A stretch of 32,000 nucleotides of DNA from Promethearchaeum syntrophicum (GTDB lineage: Archaea; Asgardarchaeota; Lokiarchaeia; Sigyniarchaeales; Promethearchaeaceae), in assembly GCF_008000775.2 (NCBI RefSeq), contig NZ_CP042905.2, positions 3,900,001 to 3,932,000 on the forward strand, read 5' to 3'. Of this stretch, positions 1 through 8,864 are shown one piece after another (the first letter of the stretch is position 1; each line of letters starts with the position of its first letter). The notes beneath the pieces were generated by a model. It was not told where the DNA came from. It did not search any database and saw nothing but the letters and a program-made list of their open reading frames with translations. The translations under genes and the position numbers were made by a program.

Positions 1-2387
1 AAAAAGGTTTAGCTTACCGCAAAGAATCTATGGTTAACTGGTGTCCAGGATGCAACTCAGTATTAGCAAACGAACAGGTTATTAGTGGAAAATGTTGGAG
101 ATGTTCAGCAGTAATTCAACCAAAATTTTTGTCGCAATGGTTTTTTAAAATTAGAGAATATGCTGATGAACTCCTAGATAAATTAGATACCCTTGATTGG
201 CCAGAAAAAGTAAAAATTATGCAAAAGAATTGGATAGGTAGAAGTGAAGGTTCTACAATAGATTTTGAAGTTGAAGGAACAGATCAGACTTTAGCAATAT
301 TTACAACGCGAAGCGACACAATATTTGGAGTCACCTTTATGACGATGGCTGCAGAGCATCCATGGTGTGCAGATTGGGTTAAAGATACGGAATATGAAGA
401 AGAATATCAACAATTTTATGAAGATGTTATGCAAGAAGATCGATATCAGCGCACTGCAGAAGATACGGAGAAAAAAGGTGTATTTTTAGGTAAATTTGCA
501 ATAAATCCCTTAACAGGAAATAAAATCCCAATTTATGCAGGTAATTTTGTAATATATGAATATGGTGCAGGGGCAGTGATGGCGGTACCAGGTCACGATC
601 AGCGAGATTTTGAATTTGCTAAAAAATATGATATTCCAATTAAAATTGTAATTCAACCATTCGATGGATATAAATTAAATGGGGAAAAAATGAGTCGCGC
701 TTTTCTTGATGATGGAATTTTAGATGAATCAGAAGAGTTTACAGGAATTGAAAACAGAGTAGCAATTAATCGAATTGAAAAAAAACTTAATAAATTGGGG
801 AAAGGAGGACCAATAGTAAATTATAAAATAAGAGATTGGTTAATTTCTCGACAAAGATTTTGGGGAACTCCAATTCCTATTATTTATTGCAAAGATTGTG
901 GTACAGTTCCTGTTTCATACGAAAATTTACCGGTAGAACTCCCAAATGATGCAATTTTTGGTAAATCGGGAAATCCTTTAGAACATAGCAAAACTTTTAT
1001 GAACGTAAAATGCCCAAAATGTGGTAAAAAAGCCCGTAGAGAAACAGATACAATGGATACATTTGTCGACTCATCATGGTACTTTTTAAAATACACAAGT
1101 CCACAATTAGCAGATATTCCCTTTGAGAAAGAGGATGTAGAATATTGGGGACCAGTTGATCAATATATTGGGGGAATAGAACATGCAATATTGCACTTGC
1201 TCTATGCGAGATTTTTTACTAAAATGAGCAGAGATCTAGGACTCCATAATTTTGATGAACCATTTAAAGCGTTACTTACTCAAGGGATGATAAATAAAGC
1301 ACATCCGTATTGCGAAAATTGCCGAAAATTCCTTCCCGCAAGTTACAACAAAGATGGTGAATGGGAGGGTGAATATAATCAAGAAAAAGAGACTTGTAAT
1401 ACTTGTGGGCAAAAATATATATTAAAATCGGCAAAGATGTCTAAAAGTCTTGGAAACACACTCTCACCGGGACCAATTATACAAGAATTTGGTGCAGATA
1501 CTGCAAGATTTTTCATAATGCATGGTGCAAATCCTGAACGGGAGTTAGAATGGTCAGATTCAGGGTGCAGTTCAGATAATAAAACCCTTCTAAAAATCTG
1601 GGATACAATTACGGCTCAACCATCTGCTACTCGATATAAAGATGATGTATATGATGAATACATTCGATTTCGCTTAAATCGTATGATCAAGAAGGTTTCA
1701 AATTTCTATCAGATTAAACTGATTAGAGACGCTTTGAATGAAATTATTGGATTTAATGATATTATCAAAAGATACATTGATATGAAACCTAATAAAAAGC
1801 TTCTAAGAGAATCGAAAGAGAACATTCTATTAATGTTAGCACCAATAACTCCCCATTTATGTGAAGAATTATGGAAATTCATGAATAAAAAAGGATATAT
1901 CTCTTTAGCATCATGGCCAGATTATGATGAAGCTTTAATTAACGAATCTATTGAGAAACATTGGTTAGCATATGAAAATGTAATAGAAGATGTCAAAAAT
2001 ATTCAGAAATTAATTAAGCTTGAAAATCCTGAAGAGATCCAAGTAATAATTGCTGATAATTGGAAGAATGATTTCATTTCTAAAATGGAAATACATGTTA
2101 AAGATGGTAAAAATTTTGGTGATTTGATGAAAATTGCAATGCAAAATCCCGATTGGAAACGCTACGCCAAATTAATTAAAAATATCTTAGGAAAAATATC
2201 AAAAAATCCTGATAAATTTGCAGCACCCTTTGAAAACCAAGATGACGAATATAATTTCTTTATTCAAAACATTTGTTTATTGGAATCAGATATCGGTTTT
2301 AAAATCTCAATAATAAAAGAAACGGATTCTGACGAAAAGAAAAAAAATAATTCTTTACCAGGAAAACCAGCATTGATTATTCGTTAA
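1..2387 (+). CDS. leuS: Leucyl-tRNA synthetase, 5'-truncated by window edge (bacterial-type architecture)
   Basis: The frame is open from nt 3 (KGLAYRKES precedes the first Met at 30), so the N-terminus including HIGH lies upstream. Signature strings: WCPGC...CWRC zinc motif, NWIGRSEG, editing-domain TTRSDT and [76 protein letters not shown], and KMSKS at 1434-1448. Confidence 0.95.
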   Translation, partial: KGLAYRKESMVNWCPGCNSVLANEQVISGKCWRCSAVIQPKFLSQWFFKIREYADELLDKLDTLDWPEKVKIMQKNWIGRSEGSTIDFEVEGTDQTLAIFTTRSDTIFGVTFMTMAAEHPWCADWVKDTEYEEEYQQFYEDVMQEDRYQRTAEDTEKKGVFLGKFAINPLTGNKIPIYAGNFVIYEYGAGAVMAVPGHDQRDFEFAKKYDIPIKIVIQPFDGYKLNGEKMSRAFLDDGILDESEEFTGIENRVAINRIEKKLNKLGKGGPIVNYKIRDWLISRQRFWGTPIPIIYCKDCGTVPVSYENLPVELPNDAIFGKSGNPLEHSKTFMNVKCPKCGKKARRETDTMDTFVDSSWYFLKYTSPQLADIPFEKEDVEYWGPVDQYIGGIEHAILHLLYARFFTKMSRDLGLHNFDEPFKALLTQGMINKAHPYCENCRKFLPASYNKDGEWEGEYNQEKETCNTCGQKYILKSAKMSKSLGNTLSPGPIIQEFGADTARFFIMHGANPERELEWSDSGCSSDNKTLLKIWDTITAQPSATRYKDDVYDEYIRFRLNRMIKKVSNFYQIKLIRDALNEIIGFNDIIKRYIDMKPNKKLLRESKENILLMLAPITPHLCEELWKFMNKKGYISLASWPDYDEALINESIEKHWLAYENVIEDVKNIQKLIKLENPEEIQVIIADNWKNDFISKMEIHVKDGKNFGDLMKIAMQNPDWKRYAKLIKNILGKISKNPDKFAAPFENQDDEYNFFIQNICLLESDIGFKISIIKETDSDEKKKNNSLPGKPALIIR

Positions 2388-2389
2388 AA

Positions 2390-2398
2390 TTTTTTTTT
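2390..2398 (+). terminator. Oligo-T tract (T9) immediately after the leuS stop
   Basis: The TAA at 2385-2387 is followed by aa + T9. Oligo-T runs are the known archaeal termination signal. The genome is AT-rich, so specificity is limited. Confidence 0.4.
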
Positions 2399-2488
2399 CT
2401 TATTTTAAAATAATCCATAATCTCAGGTAGAAATCCATGATTATGATAAAGATTATTGCTCATTTTTTGTAATGGTAAAAGGAAGAAA

Positions 2489-3364
2489 TTATGTTTTTTC
2501 CTCTTTATTAGTTTCAATCTGAATTGTTAGAGTTTTATTAATACCCATTTTTCGACAAAATTTCAATATATATTGTTTTCTACTGTCAAAAGTGACATCG
2601 AAAGCGATTATTACAGGTAATATAATAAATGCAATTAATAAAGGCATGATCGGCCAAGCAATTGAAAAGATTATTGTCATTGTTCCCCCTGAAGCAAGAC
2701 TTTCTGATATTTCAAATATCAAGGTGTAAAAGTTGATTATTACAGCAATTCCAGCATAACCTTTTAGAAAATTCAAATATAATGCCCCTACACTCACAAC
2801 CTCAGTTGGAATAGGTACATCCTTATCTTTTTCTTTATTAGTATGAATCAATCCTGCATCTATTATAAAATATGCTGGCGCGAATACAATCATTGCTATA
2901 GCGATTACTAATGGAAGTAATGCGGATATAACAAAAATGTTTGTAATCGGATCAGTATCAGTATAATAACTAGGGGTTAAAATAAATTGTCGTACTGTTG
3001 GTATTTTATATAGTAAAAATGCTAAATTAAATGCAAAAAGGGAAGGAAAAATAATTTTTGAGAAAAAATCTTTAAATTTTATTGAATTTGGTTTATCTTC
3101 GGTTGCATATATTAAATTACGACCAATAACTTTCATTTGAATGATAATAAATAAAGGAGATAAGAAATAACCTCCTAAAAATCCCCCCAATAATGAAAAG
3201 ATGAGAATTGAGAAGAGAATGATTGTATTATCATGATTTTGGCTGCCCGTTATAGTAAAATTGTAGAAATGTTCAAATGGTGGCATTACAAATTCAGCAA
3301 TAAGAAAGATAAAGAACATTATACAATAGATGATTAACCATTTTTTATATTTTGTAAAAGACAT
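2489..3364 (-). CDS. Multipass integral membrane protein, function unknown
   Basis: 291-aa ORF with an ATG start. It has about 7 long hydrophobic segments (e.g. WLIIYCIMFFIFLIAEFV, ILFSILIFSLLGGFLGGYFLSPLFIII, IFSIAWPIMPLLIAFIILPVIIAF). I recognise no family motif. Confidence 0.6.
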   Translation of the reverse strand: MSFTKYKKWLIIYCIMFFIFLIAEFVMPPFEHFYNFTITGSQNHDNTIILFSILIFSLLGGFLGGYFLSPLFIIIQMKVIGRNLIYATEDKPNSIKFKDFFSKIIFPSLFAFNLAFLLYKIPTVRQFILTPSYYTDTDPITNIFVISALLPLVIAIAMIVFAPAYFIIDAGLIHTNKEKDKDVPIPTEVVSVGALYLNFLKGYAGIAVIINFYTLIFEISESLASGGTMTIIFSIAWPIMPLLIAFIILPVIIAFDVTFDSRKQYILKFCRKMGINKTLTIQIETNKEEKT

Positions 3365-3466
3365 GAAATCACAAATTTAATTTAAACTATATATATTTAG
3401 TTTTAGATTTATATAAATGTAATAAAAAAATTTCTTCTTTATAAAAATATCCTTCAAAAAAAAGAT

Positions 3467-4027
3467 TTAATCAACAATTTCTTCAAGTTCGATTTCCCTT
3501 TTTAATTTAAGATAATTTTTTTGTTCTCTTATGTAATTATTATCAGAAATTTGACCTTCTGCGAATTGTGTATCAATCTCATCCATTTTTTTTCGTAGTG
3601 CGGCTAATTGTTTTCTTTTTGCCGCTGTTTGTAATCTTTTTAAATATTTTTGATAATTCTTTAGCGCTTTCTTCATAGCATCTGATACTTCTTTATTTTT
3701 ATCATTACTTGCTTGTTCCATATGAGACAGGGCAATTTTGAGCATACTTGGATTATTTTCGCTGACTTGAACAATACTTTTAGCTACATTTTTACGAATT
3801 TCTACATCCGGGTTATTTAAAGCAGTTAATAGCATAGGGATTGCAGAATTTTCAAGAACATCATCCAAATAAGCGTTTACTTCTTTCTGAACAGACTTGG
3901 GATAAGTTGTTATTCTTTTTTCACGAATATATCCTATAAATAATAAAGGCATTTCTGCGTTCCATCCTTCGATCATTTTTTTATCCGCAAGCTGTATGAT
4001 TCGTGCTTTATCTTGGAAAATTTTCAT
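3467..4027 (-). CDS. HEAT-repeat protein with basic coiled-coil tail, translationally coupled to top6A
   Basis: AIPMLLTALNNPDVEIRKNVAKSIVQV fits the HEAT/PBS-lyase-type repeat consensus. The C-terminal third (KKALKNYQKYLKRLQTAAKRKQLAALRKKMDEID...) is K/R/Q-rich helical. Its ATG (4025-4027) directly abuts the TAA stop of top6A (4028-4030). Confidence 0.7.
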   Translation of the reverse strand: MKIFQDKARIIQLADKKMIEGWNAEMPLLFIGYIREKRITTYPKSVQKEVNAYLDDVLENSAIPMLLTALNNPDVEIRKNVAKSIVQVSENNPSMLKIALSHMEQASNDKNKEVSDAMKKALKNYQKYLKRLQTAAKRKQLAALRKKMDEIDTQFAEGQISDNNYIREQKNYLKLKREIELEEIVD

Positions 4028-5263
4028 TTAGATCCAATCTCCTGATTCAATTTTATTGGGAAGATATGATTCGGTTAAAAATTCAAACCCATGTGCAGAT
4101 AATGCTTGAATTTCTGCTTTTACTTTTAATTTCTTCATAAGGCGGAGATCCGCACTCCATTTTTTATTATTTTTAACAAAATCTTCATTTAGCATCTCAT
4201 CTAACCGCTTATTATCTTGTTTATTCATTGCAATCCTACAATTTGCAGGAATATTATATTCAGCAAGATCTTTTGATAATACACCTAAAAGATGCATGTT
4301 TGGAGTTGCTAGAAAAGGTGATTCATAACTCAGTCTTTTTGAACCCCTTAAATAAACACTATATATATAATGTCCATAAGGATCACTATCCATTAATGCA
4401 AATGTAGGTAAATTTAGGACTTTATTGATTCTCTTTAAAAACATCCGAGTTGCCATGTCAGCTGCTCCTTTACCAGTTAGAATTATACATGGAAATTTTC
4501 GCCACCATCTAGCTTCAGAAAGACGGATCATAGCCGCATCTTTTTCTAAAACTAAAATAAATTCTGCATCTGATTCTAGTATCTCAATGTTATCCAACAT
4601 TGGAGAAATTGTCCAACCCCCAGATCCTAAACCCTCCAAATCAATAATATCGTTTTTGTCTTTGATCCGTAACCTTCCAATTGCGGTTCCTTTGGCAGAA
4701 GCAACAATATGGGTTGAATTTCGAGTAGTTTTAAGTATCGTAGAAACATCCTCGATAGATGCATCACTATTTTTCTGATCTTGAAATAGATTTACATCAC
4801 CATAGAAAATTTCACGTTTAGTTGCGTGGATATCTTTAGATAATAATTCGTAAACTAATTCTAATACACGCATTAATCTTGTAGTGTCGATAACTGATGT
4901 AAGTGATAACAAATTTTTTGAAGTGAGTTTATTCCCCAGTAATAATAAGTCAAGAGTTTGGTCATAGATAATATTTTTATTAGAACGGCTTGGGATTTTT
5001 AACACTGCAGAACCATTGTGCATAATGGTATCACACAATTCTTGGGTTAAATTATTTATTCGGTTTATTCCTTCATCAATTTGAACATCATCAATTTGAA
5101 TAGTCCCAGGTGGTTGAATAAATTTCTTTTTTGAATCTCTTTGTAAATTTTTCTTAAGAATACCTCTTAATATTGTGAAATTTTCCATAGTAAGATTGGT
5201 TTTGAGTTTTTTAGATCCTACAGAAACAGCAGTATTATTGGTTGTTTTTGATTTTTTTGCCAC
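4028..5263 (-). CDS. top6A: DNA topoisomerase VI subunit A (Spo11 family)
   Basis: Catalytic-Tyr region ATKREIFYGD. Toprim motifs FILVLEKDAA (Glu) and ALMDSDPYGHYIY (DxD). The track start at 5263 is a GTG codon 9 nt downstream of the top6B stop. The first in-frame ATG is codon 26 (nt 5188), so the start is ambiguous. Confidence 0.92.
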   Translation of the reverse strand: MAKKSKTTNNTAVSVGSKKLKTNLTMENFTILRGILKKNLQRDSKKKFIQPPGTIQIDDVQIDEGINRINNLTQELCDTIMHNGSAVLKIPSRSNKNIIYDQTLDLLLLGNKLTSKNLLSLTSVIDTTRLMRVLELVYELLSKDIHATKREIFYGDVNLFQDQKNSDASIEDVSTILKTTRNSTHIVASAKGTAIGRLRIKDKNDIIDLEGLGSGGWTISPMLDNIEILESDAEFILVLEKDAAMIRLSEARWWRKFPCIILTGKGAADMATRMFLKRINKVLNLPTFALMDSDPYGHYIYSVYLRGSKRLSYESPFLATPNMHLLGVLSKDLAEYNIPANCRIAMNKQDNKRLDEMLNEDFVKNNKKWSADLRLMKKLKVKAEIQALSAHGFEFLTESYLPNKIESGDWI

Positions 5264-5272
5264 TTTTGATCA

Positions 5273-8200
5273 TCACTTAGTATTTTTCTTCCAATAGGTC
5301 TTTCCGCTTTTAATAGCGATAAGAAGATTTTTTCCCTGTGTTAATTGCTTTAATTTTATTTGTAAGAACCTTGCATCTCTAAGATCAGTTATTTCTAATA
5401 TTTTAATCATATCTTTAATATTGAACCAAGCGTCATTTGGACATTTCTCAAGAATTAAACTTTTTGAGATAATGCTAATTTTGGATTTTGGTTTAATTAA
5501 TTTTCGTGCTTGGAAAGGTTGCCGTGTAGGTGGACTTATCGGTATAGTTGTTTGACTTTTTTTTGCACTTTCAATTTTCTTTCTTACAGATAATTTTTTC
5601 ATTCCGGGTCTCGATGAAGACTGATTATTTCTTGTCGAATAAGAACTTAGATTTTTTTGAGGAGTTGGTTTAGTTGATATTGATTTCATTCGATCATCAA
5701 TTGATTTCACTTTTATTGGTATTGAACCTGGTTTTCTTCTTCTAATTTCAGGTTTTGCAGAAATATTACTTACTTTTTGATCCGCTTTTTCTGATATCTC
5801 ACTTGAAGGAACGGAAATACTAACTTCATCTGTTTTAACTTCTTTATGTTCGGATAATTCTTTTGCTTTTAAAAATTCTGATTGGATTTCTTCTTCTTTC
5901 TCTTTTCGTAATCTTTCTGCCTCTATTTCTTCTGGTGTTTGTTCAATTCTTCCTTCTAAACGATCTAGTAATCTTGATTCAAGGTTTTTTGCCGTAATGG
6001 TTTGATATCCTTCTGTTCTGTTTACAATGCTTATTAGAGAATTAACAAAAATTGGAATATATTTCTCAATAGTTTTCGATCTTCGCTTTCGATCTTGTCG
6101 TTTTATCCGTCTATTTTCAAAAAGTCTAATTTTTCGCCCAATTACTTCCAAACACATTTTTATTTCTTTTAATAAGTCTTCATCTTCAGCTAAGGCATTC
6201 TTTGCTTGAGATTTAAACATAAGATGAACATATGGCCCTGAAACATTAACTAATATCCTAATATTTCCCTTTGGAATTTTATTGTCAAATGTATCTAGCT
6301 TATAATTCTTCCATTTAACTGATTGGACCCCTTTCCAAATAGCACAATCAGAATTATCCCGCATTTTAGGAGTTCGATTCACATATCGCATTAAAATGTT
6401 TTGCGCTTGTTTGCCACCGGTGATTTTTGGACTTATAGCAACTGCGGCTTCAACAACAAAAGCTAAGCCTTTACCACTTGTAGGAGGTCGAGTATGACCG
6501 CAGATAAAATCTTCTTCTTGCGTGTGAAGAGCATCAAATATTTGGAAAAATTCATCGTATAATTGTATATTCTCATCATCACTTAAATGAAGATTTTTAA
6601 TGCTAAACTCATCATTATAATATGGTTCTTTTCTAAATTTTGTTAATATTCGATTTGTAAATAAGGCCTCTTCTTTTTTTCCTAATTTTGTAATTTTCCG
6701 TTCGTAATGTCCAAAGATATCTATTCTATGAGACAGACTTAAATTGAATTCTTTTAATAAAGTTGTTTCTAAGATGTTTGCTCCTATTGGAACAGCCGGC
6801 TCATTTGGAGGCGCCATGTACTTTTGGGCTTTAAACACAATAAAAAGTGATTCAATTTGTTTTTGAGAAAGAGAATTAGGTTTTGACTTTGAAATTAATA
6901 ATTCTTTTACCATTTCTTCAAATTTATCAGTTGTTTTTATTTCTTGAATTTCATTTTTTCCAGGAATAAATGAAAATTGTTTAACTGTTTTGATGAGGCT
7001 TTGTTTTAATTTTTCTATTGTTTTTTTATCAACTTCAATTTCTTTTTGAATATCTGATATTTTCTTCTTAATTTCTTTATTTTTCTTCTTGTCTACTACT
7101 TTTATATTTTCTTTTCGAAATTTTCGAATTTTTCGACTCTTTGCTGCAATAGAACTATGAGCTTTATTAAGAGGCTTAACTATTTCCCAATATTTTTCGA
7201 TTTCAAATTCGGAATCTATTTTATATGTTATTAATTTGTCTCTTTTTTTTTGCGACCGACCAAAAATTCTCGGTTCATATCTTAGATAGTACAATTGTCC
7301 CGGACTTTTATTCCAAGTAATAAATCCATGGTTTAGATTTAATAGTCCTAAATCATTTTCTAAACTTGCTTCACTTTGTTTTATAATTTCACGCGCTAAA
7401 CTTGAACTTATTCGAACAAAATTATCCTGCATAAAAGCAGAGACTGTTAGATTTTGAGAAGATCGTAATAAATCTTGAAAATCTCCAATATTTGTGGAGG
7501 AAGGATGCGGTAAAGCATAAACAGGTTCGCGAGGGAACCTTCTAACCCTTCTTGGATATATCTTTTCATTTCCTAAAGGATCTAAATAAATAAGTGTTAT
7601 GTGAGGATTTGTTAAGGCAGTTTGTTCAATATATTTGTCAATATAACCCCGTTTATATTTAACATTTAAATATGATAATTCCACGTAAGTTCCATGTTCA
7701 AAGAAACAATCCACTTCAGTGGGAGGTACCACATATTCCTTATTGTTTTTACTTGTAGTATAGAATTCCGAGCATATTCCGTATAATTGATTGTAATTCT
7801 TAGATACAACTTTGATTGGTTTTCCCGTAGTATTTTGAGCATCACTAAACGCACTTGGTGAACCAAAACCTTGAGAACCTCTGGTTTGTTTCAATTTATG
7901 AGATTTGCTGGAGGCAAGATATTTTCCGAATTTTCCCAGATCATCAGGTGCCATTCCAGATCCATTATCAAATATCTCAAAATTATATTCAAAAACCTCC
8001 TTATTCTTCTTACTGATATCAGCGTATACTGCCTTCGCTTCTCTCTCAGTTAGCTGAATTAAAACAAATGGTTCTCTCTCAACCAAAGCTTTAATTGGGA
8101 AGAGATATCCATCTAAACCCCACATTATATCTTGAACTTCTTGTTCAAGATCTTTGGCTTTCTTCCGTAACTTTCTCAATTTCTTTGCTTCTTCATCATC

Positions 8201-8644
8201 TTCAACGATATCTTCCTTTTTTTTTCGAGTTTCTGCTTCTTTTTTCCCTTCGATAATTACTTTATCAGATAATTCATCCGCTTCAACTTGAATCAAGCCA
8301 TCTTCTGATAATTCTTCCCCTTCATCATCAACACCTGAATTTGCGAGTTCTCTATCGAAATTTTTGACATCCTCTTCAGAAACTCCTCCACCTAAATAGC
8401 TGAAATTTTCTAAAAGTAGATCATCTTTTAATTTAAATTCGTATTCTAAAGCAGTTCGACCCATTTTCCATTGGAATGATTCAACAGCATCAAGTGAATT
8501 GTCCAGAAATTCAATCGCGTATTGAGTATGCTTATTTAAACCGAAATCGAACCCGACTAATTGAGTTCGCTTGCGCATGAATTCTGCTATAGAGCCTTGT
8601 TTAATTGTTCCAGTATCTGATGAACTTGCTTTACTTTTCGCCAT
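5273..8644 (-). CDS. top6B: DNA topoisomerase VI subunit B, greatly expanded (about 1120 aa)
   Basis: GHKL/Bergerat motifs: N-box IEFLDNSLDA, G1 FDNGSGM, G2 TRGSQGFG. H2TH-like segment TVSAFMQDNFVRISSSLAREII. Transducer strings GKGLAFVVEAAVA, ILMRYVNRTP, and switch-Lys region HLMFKSQAKNALAE. The track start at 8653 is TTG; the first ATG is at 8644 (MAKSKASS...), which I use here. Confidence 0.9.
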   Translation of the reverse strand: MAKSKASSSDTGTIKQGSIAEFMRKRTQLVGFDFGLNKHTQYAIEFLDNSLDAVESFQWKMGRTALEYEFKLKDDLLLENFSYLGGGVSEEDVKNFDRELANSGVDDEGEELSEDGLIQVEADELSDKVIIEGKKEAETRKKKEDIVEDDEEAKKLRKLRKKAKDLEQEVQDIMWGLDGYLFPIKALVEREPFVLIQLTEREAKAVYADISKKNKEVFEYNFEIFDNGSGMAPDDLGKFGKYLASSKSHKLKQTRGSQGFGSPSAFSDAQNTTGKPIKVVSKNYNQLYGICSEFYTTSKNNKEYVVPPTEVDCFFEHGTYVELSYLNVKYKRGYIDKYIEQTALTNPHITLIYLDPLGNEKIYPRRVRRFPREPVYALPHPSSTNIGDFQDLLRSSQNLTVSAFMQDNFVRISSSLAREIIKQSEASLENDLGLLNLNHGFITWNKSPGQLYYLRYEPRIFGRSQKKRDKLITYKIDSEFEIEKYWEIVKPLNKAHSSIAAKSRKIRKFRKENIKVVDKKKNKEIKKKISDIQKEIEVDKKTIEKLKQSLIKTVKQFSFIPGKNEIQEIKTTDKFEEMVKELLISKSKPNSLSQKQIESLFIVFKAQKYMAPPNEPAVPIGANILETTLLKEFNLSLSHRIDIFGHYERKITKLGKKEEALFTNRILTKFRKEPYYNDEFSIKNLHLSDDENIQLYDEFFQIFDALHTQEEDFICGHTRPPTSGKGLAFVVEAAVAISPKITGGKQAQNILMRYVNRTPKMRDNSDCAIWKGVQSVKWKNYKLDTFDNKIPKGNIRILVNVSGPYVHLMFKSQAKNALAEDEDLLKEIKMCLEVIGRKIRLFENRRIKRQDRKRRSKTIEKYIPIFVNSLISIVNRTEGYQTITAKNLESRLLDRLEGRIEQTPEEIEAERLRKEKEEEIQSEFLKAKELSEHKEVKTDEVSISVPSSEISEKADQKVSNISAKPEIRRRKPGSIPIKVKSIDDRMKSISTKPTPQKNLSSYSTRNNQSSSRPGMKKLSVRKKIESAKKSQTTIPISPPTRQPFQARKLIKPKSKISIISKSLILEKCPNDAWFNIKDMIKILEITDLRDARFLQIKLKQLTQGKNLLIAIKSGKTYWKKNTK

Positions 8645-8653
8645 TTCTTTCAA

Positions 8654-8864
8654 CTTTAATGAGTCATTTAATATTTTGGATCATGAACTTCTTTAGTAAA
8701 TTTTCAAATGAAGTTACATCACCAACGGTATTTAAGGATTTGGAAATTCAGCACCATTATTTAAATTTTATGAAAATATCTGGATTTTCCCTTTTTTTAT
8801 TAATTCATAGTATTTGTTAGTATATTCGATAAGCTTTTTTTAAATCCTATTTATTTCATTTATA
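8654..8864. promoter_or_regulatory. Divergent promoter region between top6B and coaBC
   Basis: A 210-bp AT-rich spacer lies between divergently oriented genes. TATA-like ttttttaaat (8835-8844) sits about 25 nt upstream of the coaBC ATG, which is compatible with a leaderless mRNA. aaatattaaat (minus-strand sense, about 8668-8680) sits about 25-30 nt upstream of the top6B start. Positions are inferred, not proven. Confidence 0.35.

Noticed and set aside
884-1188. Two minus-strand ORFs (884-1096, 997-1188) inside leuS
   Set aside because: They lie entirely antisense within a strongly supported CDS. Their low-complexity, Leu/Phe/Ser-rich translations are typical of the antisense frames of AT-rich genes, and they carry no motifs.
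4425-4778. 117-aa plus-strand ORF inside top6A
   Set aside because: It is antisense to the well-supported Toprim region of top6A and has no recognisable features. It is most likely a chance open frame.
7112-7137. Short tandem repeat TTTTCGAA x3 in top6B
   Set aside because: It simply encodes the KIRKFRK basic repeat of the Lys-rich coiled-coil insert. It is not an independent DNA-level element.
6027-8053. Small ORFs 6027-6209 (+), 7666-7866 (-, alternate frame) and 7871-8053 (+) inside top6B
   Set aside because: They are nested in the top6B coding region. top6B motifs run continuously through these coordinates in its own frame.
5273-8653. Whether the Top6B insertions are inteins or a fused second gene
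   Set aside because: The inserts have no intein splice-junction signatures (no Cys/Ser/Thr at an N-extein junction paired with a terminal His-Asn + Cys/Ser/Thr) and no homing-endonuclease motifs. The inserts are charged or coiled low-complexity sequence, and the frame is continuous.
8605-8820. 71-aa plus-strand ORF spanning the top6B start and the divergent promoter region
   Set aside because: It overlaps the top6B 5' end and the AT-rich spacer, has a hydrophobic low-complexity translation, and has no SD or TATA in a sensible position.
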